NCBI GenBank assembly: GCA_000708835.1
Contig: DF237412.1
Coordinates: forward strand, 11,247-75,246
DNA length: 64,000 nucleotides
DNA from: Klebsormidium nitens
Taxonomy: Eukaryota > Plantae > Klebsormidiophyceae
Direction: 5' to 3'
Below the pieces are notes generated by a model. That model saw nothing but the letters and a program-made list of their open reading frames with translations. It was not told where the DNA came from and did not search any database. Of this stretch, positions 11,994 through 24,252 are shown in pieces (position 1 is the first letter of the stretch; every line of letters starts with the position of its first letter). The position numbers and the translations under genes are program-made.

Positions 11994-13323
11994 TTAGTAC
12001 GCGCCAATCGGCGCTTGTAGCAGATTTTGCTTCGGGACGTACGGTCGATCTCTGAGTCGGTAACCAATGAGTTCTAGCTTCAGCCATGCATCAGTGTAGA
12101 GGGGCAGCGTACGATGGTCACCCCGCGGGTACGCGTAAGTATACTCAGGCCACTTTCGAATTACGGAGTGCCCATGAAGAGGATCGACGTTTATATTGTC
12201 AAAGCATGAACTATTCTGGTCGTATAGATAGTAGCAACGTTGTTGACAAAACGGCGAATCTGACCCTCCCCTAACTCGGAGGGCGCAGAAGGTCAGAGTC
12301 ATGTCGGTTGGGTCTGGTTTGAAAGTTCGTTTGCCGGAGTAGAGCTCAAACAAGCCGTAAGTACGTAGGTTCAACGACGATGTACACAATCCCAGCAAAA
12401 CTTGGGGAGTTTCGGCACATAGTGTCAAACTTTCGTGCTCAGCCCCTGCTTAGATCTTGTATTTCCTCTCGATCCTGATCCGGGGTTTTCCTTTTCAGTA
12501 CTTGTCCGATCTATATGATGGAAAGGTTTTGTGTTGATCTTCGCGCTCCTCTCCCATGTCCTCGTTTGTTGACTCATTGAATGAGTCGGTCAGGCTTTGC
12601 CGTCCTTTCGCGACAGTAAACGTTGCCCCCTACGCAGTGACGTCCGATATGTATGTCAGCAGCTGCGAGACGAAAGGATCCTTCCACATTCCTTTTTTTC
12701 TGCTCAATTCATTTTGCACTCTCGTCGTAATCTCTCCAATCAACCTGAACAGCGCTTTCTAACTAAGCATATCATGCTGACAAGAGGATCACCTGTTGAG
12801 TTCTGACCACGATTCAAAAGTCGACTACATGAGTCTCGAACTTTGTTTCCTCTCGTTCGCGCCTTTCCAAATGCGATCCAGCCCTTTCTCTAACCTTCTG
12901 TTGATTTGCAGATCACCGAAATAGTCTTGGCCTCTAAACACGACACGAGCCTGTACGGCTCTGACCAGGGGCTCGAGATGGCGCAGAGCGTCCTGCATGT
13001 TCACGCTGCCGGTCAACGTGAACCCAGGACGTGCTTGTTGCAAGGCGTACAAGCCGGCGACGAAATTGATGAAATACTTTGAAGGCTTTCTTCGACGACG
13101 AGGCCGGCTCAAAACTGCAGCAAGCATGGCGCTTCCCCAACGCTGAAGATACTGGTCTCGTTACGACCCCATCTGTTAAGTCAGACGAACGAGTACGTTC
13201 AGACCTGAGCCCTTTACTCCGGCAATAACTTTTCGGCAGGCGCGGCTGATTGCGTTCAAGAGCGGAGTTTGCCACGTAGAACTTGGCTCGATCCGCTCCG
13301 TTGATTGCTACGATTGCATGCAT
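11994..13323 (-). CDS. Orphan coding-like segments, possibly a gene remnant
   Basis: 12825-13127 shows strong G/C third-position bias (TTC ATC AAT TTC GTC GCC GGC TTG TAC GCC...). 11994-12428 reads as an aromatic-rich globular peptide. No clean splice model links them. Confidence 0.3.
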
Positions 13324-16025
13324 CTGACGTCAGATACTACTAGCTGGAGTTTTTACGATAAGAGCTGTGCTCAAAGGAGCGCCTCGGATGTAACCTAGAA
13401 CTGAACACACGGTGTGAGCGCCATAAAGACAGCATGTATTCACCAGCGCAGTAAAATTCGAAACCCCTCAGCTTGTGGTGCTCTCTTTCGGGTACACGTT
13501 CTTCGAGCCCGCGGACACTGATCAATAGCGAACATGACCTTTTCATGGCCTTCGAGGAGAGCGTGAACCCTCGCAGGTGAGATTGCTGTCTGAAACATTG
13601 CTCAGATGATGCAGACAGACGCATTTCTTGCCTGGGTTTGCTGGCCCGACAGCATACGCGGCCGGCCGCGTCGATCAAAAAGGGGCGGGCTGGGCCGGGC
13701 CGGGGCGGCCCGACCGCCCGGGCGGCCGCGCGGCGCGTTGCCCCTCTGTCGGATCACCGTCATGCGCATGTACACGCACGGGCTTTTAAGAGAAGTGTCC
13801 ATGACGCGGCCGCCGCAACCGGCTGCTAAACCTCTGCCGACGGCACTGAAAGAGCGCGCCAGCAATCTTTTGAAGCCAAAAAAGGGCTTCCGTCAATTCT
13901 GCATTTCTGAATTCGCCTGTCTTAGGCACTACTGAAAGCATCTCCTGTTTCTCTTCCACATTAACGGTTAAGGAAGGAGATCCTGCAAAGCCCTCTGTAT
14001 GCAAGAAGGAGGTTTCTTCCCTCAGCAGGCTTGAATGAGAACAAACTAGTTCTATCTGGCCAGTGCGTGCAGGCAATTCAACGTAAGGCAGCTGCTAAGG
14101 TAAGCCGTCAGTAGACAAGCCTTAGAGGATTTCAAATCTGCTTGTCTCCGGATAAATAATCGTGTGTGATACGTGCCACATCTGGCATTCCTTCTTCACG
14201 AACAGAAATTTCAAATTTGAGGACAGAAGCGTAGTAGATAGAGCGGCTCCTGTCAGAGATACCAGGCCACAATCCCATTTGGAGACATGTGCATTGCTTT
14301 CAACATGCTGGTCGATCGCCGTGTTCCGTGCTCCGTTTTCTGTACGTTCCGAGCAAAGAGACTTCTACCCCAGAGTGAATTGCAGGTTATACTTGCTGAA
14401 AGGCTCGAACATCCTGTTAAAAGCAGATGAAGGAGGCACAATGACGATGCAGCCTTCGTAGAGCTTTGTATGCCAAGTCTCAGCACACGTTCACTGGTCA
14501 GGGCAATCTAAGCAATGGAGATGATCGAGAACAGAGCCTTGGATGAATGATGATCCTCTTTCCAAGAAAATGGCCAAACACAGACTGCTCGGAAGCATGA
14601 AGCACGTCAACAACCTGGCAACCAGAAGAAGTTCAGGTCTGCAGAAGAAAGCCCTAACCTTTTGAATCCATATATGTTAAATCCCCTTCCTCTTGATGCA
14701 GGTGTTGAAAATGACATCTGAACTGTCCTCCAGCAATATGCAATCCTAAGCAAGAAAGAGAGAATCTTCAGCAAAGCGAGAAAGGAGCACCTGGCACCAT
14801 TTTGTGAGCCTGCACTTTCGGTGAGAGCGGCTGCGAAGACATTTTCGTCCGGAATAAATTTCAGTTGCGGGTTCTTTGGATTGTTAATCTAAGCAAGTCT
14901 CGTCAACTGTGGCTTCAATCATGAACGCACAACCTTGTACTTTTCTGCAGAAGTGCTCCAATTTTGGTTCTACAGATTGCTGTCTCAATCAAGCCAAAGA
15001 CTTCCGTAATTTCTCGAGCAGGTTGAGCATCTGCTTTGTCAGCCTCTGACTGAGCCCGATTGCAAAACCATAACTGGCTACTTCTCGTGGATGCACAGTT
15101 TCAGCATTCACGTCCGAAGCCATCTTTGCATGAGACTTCCCAAGCGCAACTTCACCGCATTAACAGGAAAGCGCTTGACATGAATGCCTTACTCTCGATC
15201 CATCTCCTCATCTCCAAAGCTGTACTTGACGGGCATGCTGTGTGCAGCCTTTCGTTTGCATTTTCCCTTGATCTCTCACTGCTATAATACCTGAAGGTCC
15301 TTTTGCTGTCCCGCAGAAAGTCTGCAGCTGAGCAAGCCTGCAGCTCAAACCTGCTCCGAGCTTCACCTGGCGTCGCAAGTTACTGACAAATATTGCGCCC
15401 CCCCTTTTGCAAGCGAAGCTACGCTCATCTTCGACCGTAAGCTAAACACCGTTCTCCAAACAGCTCTCTCGCATTCTGTCGGTCCGCTTTATAATGTCAC
15501 GGCAGTCGACCTCAAACCTATCAAGAAAACAGAAGAGGAGCTTCGTTATACAGTCTCTGAACTCAGGACGATTCATTAGAGGTGATCGGAGCTCTTCAAT
15601 GCCGCAGTGGTGTTATTGGTGCTCTTAGGAGCCGTTGGCCGTACAAATAATTGGACCTTCTGTAGTTGTCTAGGCTTTCACAGTGGTACTCCAAACGCCC
15701 GCTCTCTGAATCGACAGTCTTTTTGACCGATTTTGATCAACATAAACCTTTCTGGAACCATTTTGATAGATATCCATGGCCATACTCCTGTCCTTAACCG
15801 CTGTAATCTCGTAGGTTGGAAAGCTTCAAGACTTCTCTGTTGTATAGAACAGATCTCAATGCGATGCGCTCCTTTCCTGGGGCCAGGCCGAAAGTGTTTT
15901 ACGGGGTGATCACCTCTTTTTCAGCCGACCGCAGCGACAGAACACGCAATCTTTGGTTACCAGGCAGCAAACTTTGCAAAGCATAGAAAATCGGCTGATT
16001 GACTTTAGGTTTTGTTCCTTTCCAG

Positions 16026-18232
16026 CATGGATACTAAGCAGCAGCATGCACGTGCATCAAGTGACAACGCAGGCGCCATTGGCTGGGAAGAGGCAGCGGG
16101 CGAGCTCCCAGATAACGCCCTTTGGCGCAAAGAGGAGGTGAGACATCGTATTATGCTCCTTTCTTTGACCCTTAGTATCCGATAAGTGCACTTAGACGCT
16201 GCCGTCATCATGGTTGTTCGGTTCACTCTTTGGCGGATCTGGAAAATGTTGTTTGGGATGTCAGCTGGCTCGATTTTTATATTCGTCAAAGCCAGCCAGA
16301 GTGCTGTAAAGACTTACACAAGGCTTTTCAATAGCTCGACTTTAGAGACACCTTCTTTTTATCAGGGTGATGCCTAAAGCTTTCAGTATGATTTTCAACT
16401 CCTCAAGAAACACTCCGACACAAATACAATAGGTTCTCCGGTCTCTTCCGACGAACTTCAGCTCCTGTTCTCCGTCCCGAATGTCTTCCTTGCCTTCGTC
16501 CTTTCCTTCTCTTCCGTGGATCCTTGTAAGCTGGCTGCTGTTGAAAGCGTCTTCTTTTATTGCGGGATCTCCTAAATTGACTCGTATTCGTTAAACGCCG
16601 GTTTTGCATTCTCCATTCTTTTCGGGTACAACCTCATTCCTCGTCTCCAAAGAGCAAAAGATCTGTAAGCAAAAATGAACCTTAAGCCCTCAGTTGAAAC
16701 GTGCTGTCCGCTTTCTCGCGCTCTCTCTCACATCCAAAGTCCCGGAACACACTATACAATTGCCGTTCGATTCTACGCCTTCCCATCATGCAGATCGACC
16801 AGTATTTCCGTAGCATCTTCCCCTCGAAAAGTCTTCAAACGACCAGGTTCTTCGTTATCTGCTTTTCCAGAGCATCAAAGGAGCGGTTCCTGCTCCTCCC
16901 TCCCAGCCGGCCCGCCTTCCTAAGCCCTCCGAGTCCAGCAACTCCTCGAACTCTGTCGCCCCGAAAAACTCCCAGGATAAGACCGACGGCCTCCCGACCG
17001 GCTTTTCCCCCACGTCAAGCGAACACACCCCTCGAAGCACAGCCCCCGAGCAAAAGCCCCACTCGACCACGGAAGTCTGGCAGCCAAACCACTGGATTCA
17101 GTCGGCAGCAGCATCGACTGTGAGAAAGCCTGCCCCCGGAGAACTCCCGGAACCCCAAGCAGTGTCTGCCACTGTCCTTTCGGACGGGTCTGACGAGGTC
17201 GGTCACGATGACGTCGGAGCCGAAGGGACGTCTCTCTCGCCTGCCAAAACGAGCGACAGCGGAGCCGGGCAGGGCGACCAGGACTGGGCGAGAAATCTCC
17301 CTCCGCACCTTCTGGCATTTCACCGCGAGATTGAGGAGCTGAAAGGGCCCGAACACGCAGAGACGCGAAGCCGCCTCGGTATGAAGCTACTGCGCCGGTA
17401 TCTGGACTACGTGGTGGGACCGTTAAGCACAAATTGTAAGTCTCACTCGTTGAATGGCCACCAGATTGCAAGTCGCAGGACATGAGCATTGCTATTTTCT
17501 CGAATGGCCGCACAGTACATGTAATCTCTTTGGCACTCTTACTGTGGCGGAAAGGAAAGATTGAACCTCGCTGGCAGAGACAAGTATACTCTCTGCTCCT
17601 CGTGAACGTGATAGTTTAACCACAATAGAAACAAGAGAGAAGGAGGAGGACGTAGCACTTGAATGTTGCTCAGTCCCTATTTGACTTAGGAGGGAAGTTA
17701 CTCCTGCGTGCCAAATCTACCCTGACGATGAAGGATGAGAAACAAAGCTTCTCATTTGCCGCCTTCTCTGTGCTCGTAAAGATTCACGTTTGCATATAAT
17801 CGAGAATAGTAATTGACGAGTTGGTGAAGGACTGACCTTCTGATGGCATCAGAAATCACATTTGAACGGACCGTACGCCACCTATTGATCCACAAGCGGC
17901 TAAGTGGAGGCTCTCTCCGTCTTTCCACAGGACCGCAGGACACAGCTTGAGTTCATGATCAAGGCCTACGAGTTCGAACCTCTTGTACTGGAGACGCTGC
18001 ACAAGCTCTTGTCTGAGTGCCCGTAAGTCTTCCGCACTGTCCGTTCCTACCGGCTTGCTCCTGAGTACCTGGACGGTCGGCTTGACATAATCTGGCACGA
18101 ATGTTTTACTTCACTTGTTGGGGGCTGTTGATCAACCGTCCTCCAGACATTTCGAAAACTTGGAACCTCTGATCCGTCAAAAGGGAAGTGGTGTCAAAAA
18201 GTTTTGGAGCATCCATAGAGACCCGAGGTGAA
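16026..18232 (+). CDS. Hypothetical protein, spliced; Pro/Ser-rich N-terminal half and helical C-terminal half
   Basis: Exons at about 16026-16137 (MDTKQQ...RKEE|GTGAG), 16871-17435 (open, ends RYLDYVVGPLSTN|GTAAG), about 17931-18021 (DRRTQLEFMIKAYEFEPLVLETLHKLLSEC|GTAAGT) and about 18146-18232 (HFENLEPLIRQKG...DPR*). The last two join in phase; one middle junction is unresolved. Confidence 0.55.
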
Positions 18233-18738
18233 TGGAAGCGTCGTAGCGCTCTCGAATAGTAATGTTTGTCACGCTCCTTCCCGAGCACTAAGTGAACGTC
18301 TCTAGCGCCCGGCCTGATGCATCATAAAGTTGTTCAGCCCGTTGCTTCGGCTCGTGAGAGTTGCTCAAGGACCCTGGAGACTGAGAAGAAGACTTTCTTA
18401 TGAAACTTTTGTTTGCCAGAGGGCGTCGAAGCGCATGTTTTCCTCAGCGACCGTACACCCCCCAAAAAGTCGCCCAAGAAATCCAACCAACGTCTGGTCT
18501 CTGGGATATCGACCGGTCCGTCGCATTTTGCAATCTTGGGCAGGATCCACGTAGAGGACAGGCGTCCCCTAAAACTTGGCGGTGCGCTTTTTTTGGGCAG
18601 CCGATGACGTCATCTTACCTCCTCCCGAATTGCTGCGTTTGCCTCCGGGTTCACATACCTCCGAGACTTTACGGTTTTGCTGAACTTCCTTCTGGAGCCA
18701 GATCTTGCGTCCGAAAACGGGCCGCAAACGCCCTCCGA

Positions 18739-19934
18739 ATGTTAAAATGCTTGACCGAAACGGTGACGCCAGCTGATTCCGTCAATTTGCGCGTCTTCCC
18801 GTTCACTCAAGTTGCTGACAGAGCCGCCCCCAACTCTTGCAGCCCCACCCCAACCCCCGCCGCGCGTTTCAAGCCCGGAGGCGACCTCAGCACTGTCGCG
18901 TCCACTGTCGAGAGCTTCATCTTTGGCATAGCGCGGACTCTCTGTGAAGGACGAGAGAAGGGCGCATTCAACCTGCTCCAATGCGACCAAGGGCTGTGCG
19001 ACTGGCTCCTCAAGGGGTGGAAGGGCCGGCTTCCGCCGCCAGTCGTTGCCGCCTTCTCCGAGTCGAGCCCGGAAGAGATTACCGACGACGCTGCGGGCCT
19101 GCTCGTTGCCCTCTACCACATGAGGTGAGTGACGGCCAGCAATTTACAGTTAGATGCTAATCGAGTTTGTTGCGAGGCGTGTATAACTTGACGGTTCTGT
19201 CGATTTGCGAGATCCCGACATATTAACGGTTAACATTGGACTGGTAATCTTTTTAGTCTCTAGAAACGACACTTCCGGTAAGTAGATAGCAACGCCTGTT
19301 CTCAACCTTTTGCTGTGAGGTCCCAAAATCACGGTCGGACAAGTCAAGTCACCTCGGTGCTTCGTTTGGACACCAATTACAGCTCGCTCGCAGACATCAT
19401 TTGATTCCTCTGAAGCACTTTCTACCTCTTTTTTGAGAACGCGTCCTCGAAGCGCCGTTCCAATGGGTCTGCAGGCTCTCCGCTTGTTGAACTTCTCGTG
19501 ACACACTCACAATAGGACACTAGAATCCTCAGTATTTTCACATCAGGTCGGTTGCGCTGCCACCACCCAACAACTTTATAACCCCCGTTGAACTTCAAAA
19601 TGCAAAGAGAATCTTTTCTTCCCGCAGCGTTCATGCTCGGAGCCACCCCTGCCTGCGCATCCAAGGCGACGACTACTGCCTCAGCGCGGCACTCTTCGCG
19701 TGGCGCGAGTGGGGCAGCGACCTGCTAATATTCCTGCTAAACACCTTCTATTACGCAATCGACCATCCCCCCACCCTCCTCCACTCCAAGTGCACGCCGC
19801 TCGGCAACGACCCGTCGGTCTCCGCTTCGTTCCACGGGCAACTGTGGGATGCAAAGTTGACCGGGGAACTGCAACAGCTTCTGTGGATCCTGCGCGCGCT
19901 GTCCCTGAAGCAGAGCGCGGCACGCGCCTCGTAG
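18739..19934 (+). CDS. Hypothetical protein, two exons
   Basis: Exon to 19124 (...ITDDAAGLLVALYHM AG|GTGAGT) joins in phase to 19628-19934 (CCCGCAG|C GTT CAT...; VHARSHPCLRIQGDDYCLSAALFAWREWGSDLLIFLLNTFYY...ARAS*). The start codon is tentative. Confidence 0.65.
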
Positions 19935-20645
19935 ACATGAGAGTATCTGGCCAAGATTTCGTTGAGCTTGAACAAACCGGTGGTGTGAAGTCGTAGAAGC
20001 TCAAAGATCAGGTTTGGATCCTTTGGAATGTTAGCATTCATAAGCGTGACAGTCTGAGAATTTTGCTTATTGCCTAAGTTGATTTGTGCTATTGGCAGTA
20101 GACGGACTGCAGACCCAGGATTGATGAGCTAGGAACGAATTGCTGGACATCGCAGTACATCCTCATCAGGGAGTTGTTCTTAGCTTCAAGTGTGTGCATG
20201 TGAAATAGATTGACGACACCATTGAGTGTTAATAACGTGGCCATAAATTAGAGTGCAACTCTTAACAGGACTTCCCATGCACCACGAGCACATGTATCGA
20301 GGCCGGAATGATATTATGGTTCGCCCTGATTCCGTCGACAAGAAGATGCCCCACAAGCGGGAAATTCACTAGCTGCTTTGGGCGATAAGGTATGCAGACC
20401 TTAGCCCATGAGATTTTCGATTATAGACATCTTAGTACCATGGAAGCATTCCAACAGAGGCCAGGCGCAACACCCGCATGGCGTTGAACAGGGATGTCCC
20501 CATACCCAGGCTAACAGGACTTGATCAAAGACATCCGTATTTCCTAGGCTGAGAGCTCCTCTCTTTCTCTTCCCCTTCGCCCCGGGCCGGGGTGGTGGGG
20601 TTTAAGGGCGAAGGAGCGACAATTATCTAGACAAACCAGAGTTTC

Positions 20646-21480
20646 TCAGCACAAGAGATGTTTTGTGCTCTGAATAATTAAGCGAGATTGGCGCATCTCG
20701 TGTGCCCAAGGTCGTGCTGATAGCCACTCGGGCCACGGAGCTCGACATCGTTTTAGTTCCGTCGCCAAAAAGCTGAGAGTGACTGACTTGACCGACCACC
20801 AAATCATGCTTTCAACCCCTGCGATGCTAGTAGGGACCGACACGAGACACGGAAATGAGGACTCCTCGCGGATCACATTAATGGTAAGGTGAACGTTTTG
20901 GAAGACCTCGGTCAAAATGCAGTGTCGATCTAAGTTAGAGCTGACAACGTTCCTCGACGTCGCTCTTCAAAAGAATATAGACTCGATTTTCAACAGCCTT
21001 TAGATCTTCTAAACACTCCTCGGAACAAGCACGTAGCTTTTGGCGCAGCACTGGTATAGGGTGCGCGCAACACGCTAAGGAACACGTCGCTGGCAGGACA
21101 CGTCGCTCGGACGTCACGTGCAAAGCTGTTCGCATACGCACTTGGATCTGTCGCAGTGTTCAAGCTGGCCAGCAATAATATGGCCCCCGACAAACTTGTT
21201 CGGGCGCAGTACTCACATATTGCAGATCCTCCTCCACCGCAACATCTGGGGCAAGTTTGGCCTCATACTTGGAAGCACTGCCGTCTTGGGAGCACTGCAT
21301 GCGTTTACCCCATGTGGCTCGCAGCAACATCTAAAAAACGGGGCTGCCCGTCAATGCGAAATTGGCCCACGTGGCTATTGCACATTGAATTTGGCCGGGC
21401 ATCTGGTCGCCATGTGGAACGTGTCCCACAACATTCATCTCAAGGGCGGCCTTGTAAATGGTGCAGTAGGGAAACAAAAA
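20646..21480 (-). pseudogene. Spliced gene remnant with an in-frame TAG
   Basis: Frame TIYKAALEMNVVGHVPHG...GSPVF*MLLRATW...AKLAPDVAVEEDLQY ends at a GTGAGT donor near 21215. Further coding-like pieces at 20935-21060 and 20646-20915. Confidence 0.4.
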
Positions 21481-24054
21481 GTAAAACAAGACTAATTTCA
21501 TGTTTGGTCCCTCGTTCGGCTATTGACCCGCCAACATGGCCTGGTCCCACGCCGGCTGTAATAGCAGACTCTGAGCCGATCCCCAGATTCCCAGCTAGCA
21601 GCTAGTGCTTGCATACCTACGCCAAATGTACTGCCAGTCACAACAGATTATGCAAAAGCTAAGGACATTGAAGCTTCATAGACATGGACGCGAGTATAAT
21701 CTGGATTGTACTGCGATACGTCCTCAATCGCTCGCGACAGTGTCAATCTGATCAGGGTCATCGGCACAGCCCGGCCCCAGCCCGGCCTGCCCCTGCCGTG
21801 CCCGGGCCCAGCTGCCCATGCCGCCTTCTAAACATTTAGGGACGTCTGAGGGACGTCACGGTTATTACTAAGCGGGTAGTTGCGGCCGGTACCAAGGTGG
21901 TCTGGCACAGTACTGATCTCGCGATATATGGCTCTCCTCCGCCTCCAGGACCACAGTGCCAAGAAAACAAATAGGAAGACGTAGGACCTAGGTATGGTAG
22001 GTACTGGCAGGTTATAACTGGCACTGCACAGGTAATTCATATTACAAGAACCAGGTAGGGACTGCAGCTCTGTTGACAAAATAGACAAAATCGACAAAGC
22101 TCGACAAGGAATGGGAATGCATCCGAGCCATAATGCATGATCAATCTTGTCTCTCGATTTGAAGTTACGAGAAACCGTATCCGCAATTATCCTGACCCCT
22201 AGGAACTTCAGGTTCATTTAGCATCATGTGTGTGTGTGTTGGGATCTTGGGAGCATGTGGAGACACTCTGGACACTGATCAGATAATCACGAGTGACATA
22301 GGTTTTGATTGAAATCCCCGCACTGTGGGCACTAAGAGACCTAGTGTCCCATCTGGAAGGTATAATCAGCTTACTCCTAAGCTCATTAGTACACATACAT
22401 CATAGATTGTCAAAGATCTAATCAATAATACAAACCCAGGCTGCTTTGGTCCCGTTTGTTTCTGTTTCTCCGTTGCTCAGTCGATCAGTCCTTGCAGGGA
22501 TCGGTCCCGTGACTACTGCCTTTGGAGCTGACTCGGAGGTCGTGACTGGGTGCCCGGTTGACGGTCCTATTATGAGATTGCGACTTAATGCATGATGGCA
22601 ATCTGACGTACATTTTCACCTGTTGTAAGGTTTTTAAATGTGCCAACTGGCAATCGACCTCAGATTCCTCAACCAATCAGATCGAACGAGCCGTACTCTA
22701 GTCTCTGTCATATGATCGCATGCTGACGTTGCAATTGGCGGGATTTCATGGGTGCATGCTCGGGAGTCGGAACTTAAAGATTGTATGAACATCCGGGACA
22801 GGATTCTGCCCCGGGGGGCATCTCAGACCCGGGGCTCCACCCTGGGGCCAGTAGACTGCTTTTGCAGGTCGCAGGTTTTGGTCGGGGCAAGCAGTCCCTG
22901 GGGTCTGCTCTTACCCGGGCTACTGCAAAACAGCTTCGGGGATACTCTGCGCCGGTCATTCGGCGCCCCGATCGCATCTGCGCGGCTCGGAAGTCGGAAC
23001 CCGTCACGTTCCGTTCAGGCTGTACCTCGTGAATCTGACGCAAAACCGGTACTAGACGTGAGTCAGCCCGAAGAGTGCACCTACGACAGAACAAGCTATG
23101 GCCACGGAAGTGCCCGGGGGTCGGGTACAGATTCAGGGGTTTGCAGTGTGTCTTCAATAATTGGGCTGCAAACTGCAGAGCCAGTGCTTCTTCCATGGTT
23201 TAGGTCTCTTTAGTTTCGGCTTCCCCCGGGCAAATTGCTCAACATGTACTTGAGAATCGAGGCTCTCAATCCGGTGAGTCCGAAACCGGTTTGCCGCTCT
23301 ACAGGATTACGGCTGCCGGCCGCGAATGTAGGTAATATTTAACACGCATCGTCACGCAAGCCCTTGCCAAGCCCTGCCATGAGCCAATGCCAAGCCTTCA
23401 AGGCTGGATCATTGCATGTATGCCAGCGCCCGGTTCCCAGCTTCAAGGGTTGCAATCATCATTAGCCTTGATGATTGCAACCCACTAGCCGCCGCCGCCA
23501 ACCGGGCTGCCATCCTTGGGCGTACACATAATTTGCCCTTTTTAAGGTAGCTACACAGGTAGCTGAAATAATTTACCGTATGCATGGGCTGCACCACTTT
23601 GGGCCCCCCAGAGCTTTTCAATGTACAGATGATACCGTACGTGCACCGGCCGTCTGGCGACGGCGGGGGCTTGCCTCTTCCGACTATTCGAACGGCTGGA
23701 AATCAGCACACAGAGACGACCGGGGCCCTGCATGCTCTAGTGCGGGCGCGCCGGACGGCCAAGTCATGCTTATTCCGGGGGGCAAGTACACAGGTTTCCT
23801 CCCGAGCCTCGAAGTTTCGACGTCGGTACCCTTCCATGCACGAACTTCGACGGCGAAGCTGTCGAAGCACACGTGCTTATGACTGAGCGGCGACCAAATT
23901 CGTCGCATAAACAAACGGAACCGCACGATAAATCATCGACGGACGACCCCAAACGCCCAGCCAGGGCTCTAGCGCAGGCAGCACCCAACCCAATAATTGC
24001 CAACCGCATTTAAAACCAACAAATGCTGGTCGCCCAACACAACTGCACGTCGAA

Positions 24055-24252
24055 ATACTGGCAACGCTCGCTTGCACTAAGAGCCGCTTGCACTAAGATA
24101 CGTAGCTCCCGGGCACCCAAACTAAAACCCTAACCAAACAAACAACGCGCTCCGCACCCGTACCCACCCTAACCCCCAGACTAACCCCACCCGTCCCCCG
24201 GGTGCCTATCTTAGTGCAAGCTGCTCTTAGTGCAAGCTAGCGTTGCCGGAGT
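24055..24252. mobile_element. Small non-autonomous TIR element (MULE-like if the 9-bp flanking repeat is a TSD)
   Basis: 24060-24100 (GGCAACGCTCGCTTGCACTAAGAGCCGCTTGCACTAAGATA) is the reverse complement of 24207-24247 with 2 mismatches. CACGTCGAA lies at 24046-24054 and 24253-24261, each 5 nt outside the TIR core. Confidence 0.7.

Noticed and set aside
12825-13560. Possible DNA methyltransferase motifs (FEFYCAG; PSKYFINFV)
   Set aside because: No FxGxG, PC or ENV motifs; the resemblance is superficial.
17856-18288. Minus-strand ORFs 17856-18098 and 18106-18288
   Set aside because: They are antisense to plus-strand exons that have canonical, phase-consistent splice sites.
20574-20630. Hairpin CCTTCGCCC/GGGCGAAGG followed by CTAG, resembling a Helitron 3' end
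   Set aside because: The loop is 23 nt, the base after CTAG is A rather than T, and no 5' TC end was identified.
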